Below, in pieces: positions 54,931-64,000 of a stretch of 64,000 nucleotides of DNA. Both the position numbers and the translations under genes were made by a program. The notes under the pieces were generated by a model, which saw only the letters and a program-made list of their open reading frames with translations, had not been told where the DNA came from and made no database searches. The DNA is from Candidatus Ghiorseimicrobium undicola (GTDB taxonomy: Bacteria > Omnitrophota > Gorgyraeia > Ghiorseimicrobiales > Ghiorseimicrobiaceae). The stretch spans positions 10,317 to 74,316 of the forward strand of contig PCWA01000075.1 of the NCBI GenBank assembly GCA_002796125.1, given 5' to 3'. Position 1 is the stretch's first letter; each line of letters starts with the position of its first letter.

Positions 54931-55974
54931 TTATCTAGTATTTTCCGTGATTATTTCTCTGACTTTCTCAACTACATCATCAACCGTCACTGCTTTCATG
55001 CAGCGCATATCCGAACAGCCTTGTCTGTAACAAGGAATAACGCAATCCAGGTCTTTCTGTAATATATTGGGAGTTTTTACATTATATGGGCCGGTTACCG
55101 ATACCGAAGTCGGGCCGAAAATACCTATCGCCCTGGCCCCTACGCTCAAAGCAAGATGTAAAGGCCCGGAATCACCTGATATGACTATATTCGCTCTTTG
55201 CATTAAAGCGGCCAGCTGCTTAAGATCCATCCTGCCGCAAAGATTAACCAGGTTAAAGCCGGATAAATTAGCGATTTCTTCACCAATTACGCGATCATTT
55301 TGTGAGCCGCTCAGCACGATTTTAGCATCATAGTCGCGCATCAAGACCGAAGCAAGAACGGAAAAATTCTCCCTGGGCCATCTTTTCTGAAGCCAGTTTC
55401 CTCCGGGATTTAACACAATAATAAAGTCGTCTCCTTTTATGCCCTCTTTCTGCAGCATATCATTAACAAAGATTTTGGCTTCTTTGGGAATAAAAAAATC
55501 AATCTCGAAAACAGTATCTTTCTGGTAATGCTCATAATGCTTTACTAAGTACATGTAATAATCCGCTCTATGTATTTTATTGGCATCCGGGGCTTTTATT
55601 GCGGAAGTTAAAAGATAAAATCTTTTTCGCGTGTAATAACCTATCCTCTCGGGTATCCCGGCAACAAATACAATAAGCGCCCTGGTAAAAGAACGATGAA
55701 ATAAAAATACCTTATCGAACTTTTTAATACGCAGGAGCCTTGCGAACTTAAGCTTTGCCAACAGGCTTTTTTGTTTACCTTTATCGTCATAGGTTATTAC
55801 CTCGTCTATAGCCGGATGGCCTTCTATGATCTGCCGGCAACTAGGCGGCACTATACAAGAAATATAAGCATCGGGATATATTCTTTTTAATAGTTTTATG
55901 GCGATAATAGAAAACAAAACGTCCCCCAGCCAGTTGACGTTAAAAACCAAAATCTTTAATTTTTCATTTTTCAT
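54931..55974 (-). CDS. GT9 heptosyltransferase family protein, paralog 3
   Basis: ILVFNVNWLGDVLFSIIAIKLLKRIYP. Confidence 0.8.
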   Translation of the reverse strand: MKNEKLKILVFNVNWLGDVLFSIIAIKLLKRIYPDAYISCIVPPSCRQIIEGHPAIDEVITYDDKGKQKSLLAKLKFARLLRIKKFDKVFLFHRSFTRALIVFVAGIPERIGYYTRKRFYLLTSAIKAPDANKIHRADYYMYLVKHYEHYQKDTVFEIDFFIPKEAKIFVNDMLQKEGIKGDDFIIVLNPGGNWLQKRWPRENFSVLASVLMRDYDAKIVLSGSQNDRVIGEEIANLSGFNLVNLCGRMDLKQLAALMQRANIVISGDSGPLHLALSVGARAIGIFGPTSVSVTGPYNVKTPNILQKDLDCVIPCYRQGCSDMRCMKAVTVDDVVEKVREIITENTR

Positions 55975-55989
55975 CTTTAATTTTCCTAG

Positions 55990-56125
55990 TACATTGTTAA
56001 ATTAATTCTTGAACAATTGAACAATAGAAAATAGACCGCAATTGAGCTTTTGCTTGTCTATTGTTTTATTATCTATTGCTCAATTGCTCTGTACGCTGTC
56101 TAATAAGAATTATATTAACAGCGCA
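55990..56125. promoter_or_regulatory. Operator-like cluster of CAATTG / CAATAG motifs forming an imperfect 17-bp inverted repeat, upstream of the GT9 paralog 3 gene
   Basis: gaACAATTGaaCAATAG ... CTATTGctCAATTGct, plus additional CAATTGAGC and CTATTGTT copies. Confidence 0.35.
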
Positions 56126-56899
56126 CTAGTCATCCCGGTGCTCTTTGATAAAAGTATAATATCCGCTAATCTCAGCCCAGAATATAAACATATTAGCCGA
56201 ATTTTCGGAAATCCGTATGCGTTTTAAAGCATAAATGTCATCTTTGGGATAATCTTTTCCCGGATTAGTGGCTACCGCTGCGATATATCCCGCATCAATT
56301 ACCTTCTGGCGCACTTTTTCATTAAAGGCTCCCAAGGGATAACACAATAATTCCACTGGTTTTTTAGTAAACACTTCCAGAATTTTTTTGGAATAAAATA
56401 TTTCTTTATCCAGATATAAATCATCTATCTGTGTCAATACTTTATGTTCAAGAGTATGGCTTCCTATAGTCACAAGGCCGCTTCCGCTTAGTTCTTTTAC
56501 CTGCTCTGCCGTAAAATATCCCGGCCTGCCTATAAAATCCACTATAACAAATATGGTCGCGGGTATATTATATTTTTTAAGCACGGGGTAAGCTTTAGTA
56601 TAATTGTTTTCATAGCCGTCATCAAAGGTTATAACTACGGTATTATGCGGAATTTTCTTCTTTGCCTTAATCAACTCAACTGCCTCTTTTAAAGAAACGG
56701 TATTATATTTACAGCGCTTCAAAAAAGCCATCTGCTTTTCAAACGCTTCCGGCGATACCGCAAGCTTGGTTTTTAAAGATTCTTCTTTATCTATCTTATG
56801 GTACATAAGGATGGGTAAAACATACGCTTGTTTGGCCGGGATATTTAATAAAAAAAATCCGGCGATAATCAACAATAAAACAATGATTTTCTTTTTCAT
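56126..56899 (-). CDS. polysaccharide deacetylase (CE4/NodB homology)
   Basis: Signal/TM N-terminus, VITFDDGYENNY NodB motif 1. Confidence 0.8.
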   Translation of the reverse strand: MKKKIIVLLLIIAGFFLLNIPAKQAYVLPILMYHKIDKEESLKTKLAVSPEAFEKQMAFLKRCKYNTVSLKEAVELIKAKKKIPHNTVVITFDDGYENNYTKAYPVLKKYNIPATIFVIVDFIGRPGYFTAEQVKELSGSGLVTIGSHTLEHKVLTQIDDLYLDKEIFYSKKILEVFTKKPVELLCYPLGAFNEKVRQKVIDAGYIAAVATNPGKDYPKDDIYALKRIRISENSANMFIFWAEISGYYTFIKEHRDD

Positions 56900-56927
56900 T
56901 ATCTTCCCCTCGCTTTTCGGTAAAATT

Positions 56928-58013
56928 TTAAGCTAAAACTTCCTTATATACATTAATTGTTTTCTCTGACATAATTTTACTGGAAAATTTTTCGCCTATT
57001 AAATCATAAGCTGTTTTAGCTATAGAGCGGCTTAAATATTTATCCCGGATTAGCCTGACTACAGCTTGCGCAAGAGCTTTTATATCAAACTGCTCAACCA
57101 GCAAACCGGTTACTTCATGTTCAATGACATCGGTTATACCCCCGATGCGGAATCCAACACAAGGAACAAGATTACTCTGCGCTTCCAATATAGAAAGCCC
57201 CAAACCCTCCTGGATGGAAGGCGAAACAAAAACATCCATAACAGAAAAAATCTCTCCCAGCTCCGCTCTGGAAGGAATAATATGCACCTTATCTCTAAGC
57301 TTAAGCTCGTTTATAAAATCAGTTATAACTTTTTTGTAAGGCCCGTCTCCCACAATTAAAAGCTGCGCGTAAGGCTCTATAGACAGGACATGCTTCATCG
57401 CGCTGATTAAATATAAATGCCCCTTTACCGGAGAAAGCCTTGCCACCATGCCTACAACGGGCCCTTCGGATAAGCCTAATCTTTTTTTTATCGCGTTGAT
57501 GGGATAATCTTTTTTAGGATTTAATGCCACGCCGTTATAAACCAATTTTATTCTTGCCTGCCTTACTTTTAAATCCTCTATCAAATGTTTCCTGACCGCC
57601 CCGCTTATGGCTATAACCCGCCTGCCCCAAAACCCGAAAATTTTCCTTGCTAACTTCGGCTTAAAATAACCGTGGCACGTAGTTACATACGGAATGGATA
57701 AAGCCCTGCTTAAAAAGAAAGATAATACTTGGGTTACGCGCGTCTGGGCGTGTATTATTTCTATGTTTTTTTCTTTAATCAACCCTTTTAATCTTAAAAA
57801 CGCGAATATCAACTTAGGGCTTAACTCGGATTTAGTCCTCAGATTCAGGCCTATATGAACAATATTTTCTTTTAAAAGATGATCAGCGAGGTCGCCGCCG
57901 CTGGATGCCACAAAGACATCATGGCCCATCTTTTTAAACTCCAAAGCTAAATTTACTACATAACTTGCGATACCGCCGAAATTCAGGTGAGTGGTCAAAA
58001 TCAGTATATTCAT
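56928..58013 (-). CDS. glycosyltransferase family 4 (GT-B, RfaG-like)
   Basis: MNILILTTHLNFGGIASYVVNLA N-terminus and the C-terminal E-x7-E region typical of GT4. Confidence 0.8.
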   Translation of the reverse strand: MNILILTTHLNFGGIASYVVNLALEFKKMGHDVFVASSGGDLADHLLKENIVHIGLNLRTKSELSPKLIFAFLRLKGLIKEKNIEIIHAQTRVTQVLSFFLSRALSIPYVTTCHGYFKPKLARKIFGFWGRRVIAISGAVRKHLIEDLKVRQARIKLVYNGVALNPKKDYPINAIKKRLGLSEGPVVGMVARLSPVKGHLYLISAMKHVLSIEPYAQLLIVGDGPYKKVITDFINELKLRDKVHIIPSRAELGEIFSVMDVFVSPSIQEGLGLSILEAQSNLVPCVGFRIGGITDVIEHEVTGLLVEQFDIKALAQAVVRLIRDKYLSRSIAKTAYDLIGEKFSSKIMSEKTINVYKEVLA

Positions 58014-58022
58014 TTTAATGAG

Positions 58023-58181
58023 CGCGCAACTTACGCAGCGAAGCGAACGTAAGTTGTTTGCGCGAATTAATCCCGAAGCCTACGAAGTAAATTTCGAAGA
58101 AATTTACGAGTGCTTAGGCGAGGGATACATTTTACAACAATCAAGCAACCTAACCATAGTCCAACATGGCGTTAGGTTAAG
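58023..58181. repeat. Family C hairpin composite (CAACTTACG...CGTAAGTTG + GTAAATTTCGAAGAAATTTAC + AACCTAAC...GTTAGGTT)
   Basis: Seen directly. Near-identical to 39524-39582. Confidence 0.7.
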
Positions 58182-58185
58182 AGGC

Positions 58186-60267
58186 TTACTGAATTACTTT
58201 TTTTACTGCGCCAAATACTTCTTCCGGAGTAATCTGCGCCATGCATTTTATATCGGGGCATTTCGCTTTATAGCAGGGAGCGCATCCCGGATCCTTCCTG
58301 ATAACGATATACTTTTTCGCGGGAGGCATATGCTTTTTCGGATCCGTAGGCCCAAAAAGCGCTACAATCGGAGTATTAACGCCCGCTGCGATATGCAAAG
58401 GGGCCGAATCTCCACTGATATAAGCCTGGCATCTTTTTATTAAAGAAACCAGCTGATTAAAAGATGTCTTGCCGCAGGCAATGATGGGTTTTGCGCGCGA
58501 TTGCCTGAATATTTCTTCTGCCAAACCCAGATCATTTTCAGTGCCCGTAAGGATCAGGCGCATATCGGAATTCATAAGCATCTCGCTTAATTTAACGATA
58601 AATTTTACTGGCCATCTCTTTGTCAGCCATTTATTGCTTGATGATATATTAATGCCGATTAATTGCTGATCGCCGGCTATCCACTCATTATTTAGAAAAT
58701 CATCTATATATTTATCATCATCTTCAGATGTCCAAAGCTCCAAATGCCTGCTATATGAGCTTATACCAAGCAGTTCTAAAATTTTAGCCTGATGCTCAAC
58801 CGGAAGGAGAACTTCTTTAGGCAGGGCTATTTTATGGTTTAAGAGAAAAGATAACTTCTTGTTATTATATCCGTATCTATGGCGGGCCATGCTTAAAAAA
58901 GCGAGCAGATGGCTTCGTTTATTATTTTGCAGATCTAGGCATAAATCAAAAGATTTTTTGCGCAAGGAATTTGCCAGTTTAAATAATGGCCTTATCCCGC
59001 TATCCTTAAACTTAAAATCAGCTACTAGTAATTCATCTATGTATGGACAGCGGGAAAGGACCTCTTCGGCGTCTTTAGACGTAAGGCAGGTTATTCTCGC
59101 CTTAGGGTATTTTTCTCTTAAGGCGCGCAGGCTGGGTGTCGCCAATATCACGTCTCCTATAGCGCTAAATTTAATTATCAATATATTCGGCTCCAAGGCT
59201 TCCTCATAAACTTTCAGCGTTGAACTGATCATCTTATCCAGGGTAAATTTTTCCGCTACTGTTCTCAAGGCGTTATTGGCCAGGCGTTCTGCAAGATTTT
59301 CATCCCGTAAAACCTTTATTATCGCAGAAGACATCGCCTGTACATCTTTAGGAGGAAAAAGCAACCCGTTTACGTTATCTTCAATTATATCTACTATGCC
59401 GCCTACGCGCGAAGCCACAACCGGAACGCCTGCGGCGTTAGCCTCAATTATAACCCTGCCAAAAGCCTCTTCAACCACTGTAGGAACCACAAGAAGATTC
59501 AACTGAGTCAAAATATGAGGTATATCGCGCTGAGCGCCTAAAAATTCTACGCTGGAAGAAAGCCCCAGGCGCTTTACTAAAACATCTATTTCGTCTTTAT
59601 AACGCTCTTTGCCCCTACCCACATCCCCCACTATCCAGATAGACAAATTAGGTATCACTCTCGCCACTTTCGACATTGCCCATAAAAAATAAATATGCCC
59701 TTTAATAGGCGTAATCCTTCCGATTATGCCTATCACAAACTCTCTTTTATTTTTTTCTTTGGGGCTTATAAATTTAAACCTGTTTAAATTTACGCTTCTA
59801 GGTATAAGCCTTATCCTGCCGAAAGGCACGCCGAAATCATCCATTTCATGCCTGCCGATAATAGAACTAGGCACAATCACAAATTTACCCCAACCCATTA
59901 TTACGCTAAAAAAATGGCTGGAATAATATCCGTGGCAGGTGGTGATAAACGGAGTATCGGTAAATCTTGCCGCAAAGAACGCCGCCCATGCGGGGACGCG
60001 CGAGCGCGCGTGCACTATGTCTATCCTTTCCTTCTTTATAATTTTTACAAGCTCTCCCACATTTCTGAATATGGTAAAAAGGGATTTTTTTTGCAGGTCA
60101 ATCTTGTAATGCATGACGCCGGCTTTCTTAAGTTCAGAAATCAACTCTCCCCCGCAAGAAGCAACATACGACTTATGCCCCATTTTTGCCAAGGATACAG
60201 CCAAATCAACAGTGCCTGTTTCCACTCCTCCTAAATTTAATTCAGGAACAACCTGTAATATATTCAT
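58186..60267 (-). CDS. bifunctional-looking fusion: N-terminal GT4 glycosyltransferase + C-terminal GT9 heptosyltransferase domain
   Basis: Residues 1-350 are GT4 (MNILQVVPELNLGGVETGTVDLA..., EAFGRVIIEANAAGVPVV). Residues ~360-693 are GT9 (NILIIKFSAIGDVILATPSLRALREKYP). Confidence 0.75.
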   Translation of the reverse strand: MNILQVVPELNLGGVETGTVDLAVSLAKMGHKSYVASCGGELISELKKAGVMHYKIDLQKKSLFTIFRNVGELVKIIKKERIDIVHARSRVPAWAAFFAARFTDTPFITTCHGYYSSHFFSVIMGWGKFVIVPSSIIGRHEMDDFGVPFGRIRLIPRSVNLNRFKFISPKEKNKREFVIGIIGRITPIKGHIYFLWAMSKVARVIPNLSIWIVGDVGRGKERYKDEIDVLVKRLGLSSSVEFLGAQRDIPHILTQLNLLVVPTVVEEAFGRVIIEANAAGVPVVASRVGGIVDIIEDNVNGLLFPPKDVQAMSSAIIKVLRDENLAERLANNALRTVAEKFTLDKMISSTLKVYEEALEPNILIIKFSAIGDVILATPSLRALREKYPKARITCLTSKDAEEVLSRCPYIDELLVADFKFKDSGIRPLFKLANSLRKKSFDLCLDLQNNKRSHLLAFLSMARHRYGYNNKKLSFLLNHKIALPKEVLLPVEHQAKILELLGISSYSRHLELWTSEDDDKYIDDFLNNEWIAGDQQLIGINISSSNKWLTKRWPVKFIVKLSEMLMNSDMRLILTGTENDLGLAEEIFRQSRAKPIIACGKTSFNQLVSLIKRCQAYISGDSAPLHIAAGVNTPIVALFGPTDPKKHMPPAKKYIVIRKDPGCAPCYKAKCPDIKCMAQITPEEVFGAVKKVIQ

Positions 60268-60343
60268 TTTTAGAATGTAGAATTTAAAATGTAGGATGCA
60301 GAATTGTGTATTTTAATTTTACATCCTGCATTTTACATTCATA

Positions 60344-62296
60344 CTATAATATTTCTTTCAGTTTCTTTCTAACCTCTTCTCTATCGTTAAGCCTCTTGAT
60401 AAGAGGCCGTTTGGTTAATATCTCCTTTATCTTGTAGCCAAGTGTATGCGCTTCGCAAAGGTGTATATAGCCGTGATTTTGGAGGTTTTCAAGAAACATT
60501 CTATGCCTTTTATTGATCGAAGACTGTATCGCTTCTTTTTTTTCCGATGAATAAACTACTATGACCTGCTTTCCTGAAGAAGCCGCTTCAGAAATCATGG
60601 AAATACTCTCGCTGGTCACGATAACCAGCGAAGAAAGCCCCAGTATGCCACCCACTGCCTCGGGAATATTTTTTTCATTAGCTATTATCAACAGCTTGCA
60701 ATTATCAAAACCATGCAATTCTCTTTTAAAAACTTCTTCCGCCTCTTTTGGCGTACGGCGTGAAGTAGTAATCAAAATATTGGCATTAAATTCTACCGAT
60801 ACCCTCTTGATTCTGCTGATTATGCTCTGGGCAATACGCGGATTTAACTCATAATCTTTAGTATTGCCGCCAATTAATAACCCGATCCTTAAATCCGAAT
60901 CGAATGAAGCGCCTATATTTTTATATAATTTCTGCGCCTGTGTTTTAAGATAATCTTCATCAATAAGATTTAATGCGCCTTCCGTAACCGCTATATTCTT
61001 AAAATTTGCGGCCCTATCATGCCTGGGCAAAACCAGTAAATCGAATCTTTTTACGCCTAATAAACCCGGCCTCATGATATGTATAGATTTGGCCTGATTG
61101 AGAGATGAAATAGCCAAATTCAGCCAGGCAATAGATTCTCCAGCAGATATAACAATATCACAAAAATTATGCGCTATGGCTTCATAGGAAAAAGCATCTA
61201 AAGCTGATTTTAAAAACCAGCCGTTTATTTCGCGATTTTTTTTCAGGCAGCATATTAGATATAAAATACCCGCCAAAAACCTGTTCCTGTATTTAATTTC
61301 TACTATCCTGATATCTAGATTAAAACCCATGCCGGAAATAATTTTCGCCACAGTTTCTGACTGCCTTAAATGCCCGGTTTTCCCATCCGACAATATCATG
61401 ACTGAACGTTCTTTGGAATGCTTCCATCTTTTATAAGACCAGAGATACTGCTGCGGATATTGACTGATATAATGCTCAAATTTTTTGTTTATGGTATTAA
61501 GGTTTTTTTCTAAATCTTTATCTTTATCCCGGGTATCGGAAAAACTATCGAATTTCTCAATCACTATTTTATGGTATGGGCCGTGTGTCCTTACGATATA
61601 GGCGAAAAATATAGGCACCTTAAACTTTAAGGCAAGTCGTACGGCGCCTGTGGGCATAGATGCAGGCCTGCCGAAAAAATCAACCAAAGTATCGCCCTTC
61701 CCCGCGCCGTGGTCAGAAACCATAGTAACAATATGATTATTATCCAGTGACCTTATAATTTCACGCAAAGAACCCAAGGGGACCAAATTTACGCCGGATC
61801 TTTTCCGGTAAGAATTAAGTAATTCATTTAAACGCCCGTGCTTTTGATCTTTTATTACGACGCTGCAGCTTTTATGGTATATGCCGCAGGCCGCGTTCGC
61901 TATCTCCCAATCGCCTAAATGTAATGTCACATAAATCAAGCCTTTTTTATTTTCTAATGCCTCGTCTATTAAATGCTGCCCTTCTATCGTTACATATTTA
62001 TCTATATATTGTTTATCAACACGTTTTAAAGCTACTGCCTCGCATATATTTTGGCCGAAATTTTCAAAGGCACCGACTGCGATTCTTCTAATCTCGCTGG
62101 GGGCCTTGTTTCGGCAAAATACAAAACGCAAATTACGCTCAACTATGTTTCTATGTTTTTTATCCAGATAAAACATCATCCTTCCTAAAAATTTGCCAAG
62201 GCCCAGGTAAATTTCAGGATTAACCCTGGAAAACAAATTCCCCGATACTACGGCTAACTTATACAACAGATAATCGATTATTGAATTTTTGTTCAT
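60344..62296 (-). CDS. lipid A secondary acyltransferase (LpxL/HtrB family) fused to a C-terminal ~330-aa ELM1/DUF1022-like domain
   Basis: The N-terminal ~300 aa contain LPLAT motifs HLGDWE (H-x4-E/D) and SDHG. The C-terminal half is a distinct alpha/beta region I only tentatively assign to the ELM1-like predicted glycosyltransferase family. Confidence 0.65.
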   Translation of the reverse strand: MNKNSIIDYLLYKLAVVSGNLFSRVNPEIYLGLGKFLGRMMFYLDKKHRNIVERNLRFVFCRNKAPSEIRRIAVGAFENFGQNICEAVALKRVDKQYIDKYVTIEGQHLIDEALENKKGLIYVTLHLGDWEIANAACGIYHKSCSVVIKDQKHGRLNELLNSYRKRSGVNLVPLGSLREIIRSLDNNHIVTMVSDHGAGKGDTLVDFFGRPASMPTGAVRLALKFKVPIFFAYIVRTHGPYHKIVIEKFDSFSDTRDKDKDLEKNLNTINKKFEHYISQYPQQYLWSYKRWKHSKERSVMILSDGKTGHLRQSETVAKIISGMGFNLDIRIVEIKYRNRFLAGILYLICCLKKNREINGWFLKSALDAFSYEAIAHNFCDIVISAGESIAWLNLAISSLNQAKSIHIMRPGLLGVKRFDLLVLPRHDRAANFKNIAVTEGALNLIDEDYLKTQAQKLYKNIGASFDSDLRIGLLIGGNTKDYELNPRIAQSIISRIKRVSVEFNANILITTSRRTPKEAEEVFKRELHGFDNCKLLIIANEKNIPEAVGGILGLSSLVIVTSESISMISEAASSGKQVIVVYSSEKKEAIQSSINKRHRMFLENLQNHGYIHLCEAHTLGYKIKEILTKRPLIKRLNDREEVRKKLKEIL

Positions 62297-63381
62297 GCCT
62301 GCTTTAACGCGCGATCAATTAAACTGAAAAATTCATCCTTTTTTTCTTTGATTTCCACTTCTATTTTTAGAATTAAAATTTGTAAATTCAGGCTTCTGTC
62401 AAAACGGCTCATTTTTACCGCGTCTTTTTCTGTAGTTATAATCAGGTTAAGGCCGTTTTTTAGGCATTGGCCGGTTATTTTATCCATATCCTTCCCGGAC
62501 CAGCGATGATGATCCTCGAATTCAAACTTTAATTTTATTTTGGCTCCCAAATCCAAAACCATTTTTTCAAATGAAAAAGGGTCGGCTATGGCCGACAAAA
62601 GGCAAACCTCTTTACCTTGGACAAAAGAAAGCTCAAATACCGCGCTTTCTAAATCCATAAAATTTATCGGCCTGTGTTCGGAATTAATAAGCAATGAATT
62701 ACGGCTTACGGCTTTTATTTGTAGGCCTAAAGCGCCGTAACTTCCTAATAAATTGGACTTAGTGATAACGACTACGTCTGCTCTCTTTAGGCTCGACACC
62801 GGCTCACGGAGCACTCCCCGAGGGATAAGCCGTTCATTGCCAAAAGGATTTAACGCGTTTACAAGCACTATATCCAAATCTCTTTTTAGTTTCCAATGCT
62901 GAAAACCATCATCTAAAATTACTACATCGGCATTGTATTTATTCACAGCCTCTTGCATATTTCTAATTCTGTCAGCGCCTACCAATACCGGCAGCCCCAG
63001 CTCTTTAGACAATAAATATCCTTCATCTCCCATTGTATCGGCATTCTCACTTTGGCACCGCAGATTGCCTGACTTTCTCCTATAACCCCTGATTAAAACT
63101 GCTACTTTATGGCCGCGCCGGATTAGATGTTTTGCCAGCATTATTACAAAAGGCGTTTTGCCCGTTCCGCCAAGAGTTATATTGCCTATGCTTATTACTT
63201 TACACGCTGCTTTTTTCGGCGCGGTGATTTTTAAATTATGGACGAATCTTGTCAACAATATGCCAAAGAAATAAAAAAAAGATAAAAATAATAAAATAGC
63301 TTTTAAAAAGCTCTCAAGTGCGCCTATTCTCTTGTCTTGAGCCAAAGAATGAATATATTCTTTTAGTTTCTCCAGCATCAT
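62293..63381 (-). CDS. lpxK: tetraacyldisaccharide 4'-kinase
   Basis: VISIGNITLGGTGKTPFVIMLAKHL P-loop signature of LpxK. Adjacent to waaA. Confidence 0.85.
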   Translation of the reverse strand: MMLEKLKEYIHSLAQDKRIGALESFLKAILLFLSFFYFFGILLTRFVHNLKITAPKKAACKVISIGNITLGGTGKTPFVIMLAKHLIRRGHKVAVLIRGYRRKSGNLRCQSENADTMGDEGYLLSKELGLPVLVGADRIRNMQEAVNKYNADVVILDDGFQHWKLKRDLDIVLVNALNPFGNERLIPRGVLREPVSSLKRADVVVITKSNLLGSYGALGLQIKAVSRNSLLINSEHRPINFMDLESAVFELSFVQGKEVCLLSAIADPFSFEKMVLDLGAKIKLKFEFEDHHRWSGKDMDKITGQCLKNGLNLIITTEKDAVKMSRFDRSLNLQILILKIEVEIKEKKDEFFSLIDRALKQA

Positions 63382-63395
63382 TAATTAGAAACAAT

Positions 63396-63606
63396 ATCCC
63401 TCGCCTAAGCATCGGGTAAATCTCTTTGATATTTACCCGGTAGGCTTCGGGTAGGTTCGGATTAAGCAGTATTTATCATAAACTAAATTATAACCTACTC
63501 CGAAGCTTAAGGGGTAAATTCTCCAAAGAGAATTTACCCCTTGCTTAAGCAAGGAGATAATTCGGCCTTATAACTTACGTCGGCTTCGCCTCCGTAAGTT
63601 ATGGCC
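63396..63606. repeat. Family C hairpin composite between lpxK and waaA (inverted CCCGAAGCC...GTAAAT units, GGGGTAAATTCTC...GAGAATTTACCCC, and GGCCTTATAACTTACG...CGTAAGTTATGGCC)
   Basis: Seen directly. The last hairpin overlaps the waaA stop. Confidence 0.7.
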
Positions 63607-64000
63607 TCATTAATTGAGAAATTAAATTTAGATTGCGCTCTGTCGCGCCTTGATTTTCAGATATTAAACGTTTTGCCCTGATCCCAATATTTTTTGCATA
63701 GTCCGCATCATATAAAATCTTGCACAAGGCTTCTTCAAGCCCGCCCTCATCGGCTACCTCGATAGCCGCATTATTTTTAAGATAAAGCGAAGCAATATGC
63801 GTAAAATTAAACATATACCTGCCGAATACTATGGGTTTCTGGAAATATGCCGGCTCGATAATATTCTGCCCGCCTTTTTTGACAAGGCTGCCTCCGACAA
63901 ATACCACATAGGCAAATTTATAAATTGAGCTTAATTGCCCTATCGTATCCAAAATAATCACTGAGCGCGGCATTTCTTTAAAATTATCAGCTGAAAATCT
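63599..64000 (-). CDS. waaA: 3-deoxy-D-manno-octulosonic acid transferase, C-terminal part (gene continues past the window end)
   Basis: ...VFVGGSLVKKGGQNIIEPAYFQKPIVFGRYMFNFTHIA... is the KdtA C-terminal GT-B region. The frame is open to the window edge. Confidence 0.75.
   Translation of the reverse strand, partial: RFSADNFKEMPRSVIILDTIGQLSSIYKFAYVVFVGGSLVKKGGQNIIEPAYFQKPIVFGRYMFNFTHIASLYLKNNAAIEVADEGGLEEALCKILYDADYAKNIGIRAKRLISENQGATERNLNLISQLMRP

Overview
The window is 64 kb of chromosome from an AT-rich diderm (LPS-producing) bacterium; I cannot place the phylum from sequence alone. Almost all genes are on the minus strand. Only an FtsH-like protease and a downstream lipoprotein are on the plus strand.

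Reading 5' to 3' on the plus strand (genes in reverse order), the window holds:
- the conserved nadD-proA-proB-obg-rplU block, followed by RNase G
- a type IV pilus operon: minor pilins, two PilX_N-like proteins, then pilMNOPQ
- a second pilus-motor module: pilC, an HD-GYP phosphodiesterase, two tandem PilB/GspE ATPases, a standalone GspE-N (MshEN-like) domain protein and a degenerate-GGDEF sensor
- a TIGR03960 radical SAM protein
- the mreBCD-mrdA-rodA rod-shape operon
- purN
- the rnfCDGEAB operon
- an MFS transporter
- tRNA-Thr(CGU)
- a block of small metabolic and signalling genes: eda, an HMGL-like aldolase, PilZ, a Cas4-like nuclease, MazG, a macro-domain protein and a CheY-like regulator
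- a large Kdo/heptose/lipid A locus: kdsCDAB, heptose kinase, a deoxyhypusine-synthase-like protein, three GT9 heptosyltransferases, a CE4 deacetylase, GT4, a GT4-GT9 fusion, an LpxL-ELM1-like fusion, lpxK and the 3' end of waaA

Intergenic space is full of structured repeats:
- a roughly 230-bp MITE-like element in three copies
- a roughly 105-bp long-palindrome family
- a family of short hairpins sharing a TTCGAAGA loop
- two small tandem-repeat arrays

The most novel-looking content is the c-di-GMP-linked PilB module with a standalone MshEN-like domain, and the repeat families. One copy pair of the MITE shows compensatory stem changes. Four near-consensus sigma70-like promoters are predicted. 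The exact copy boundaries and promoter positions I give for these are approximate.
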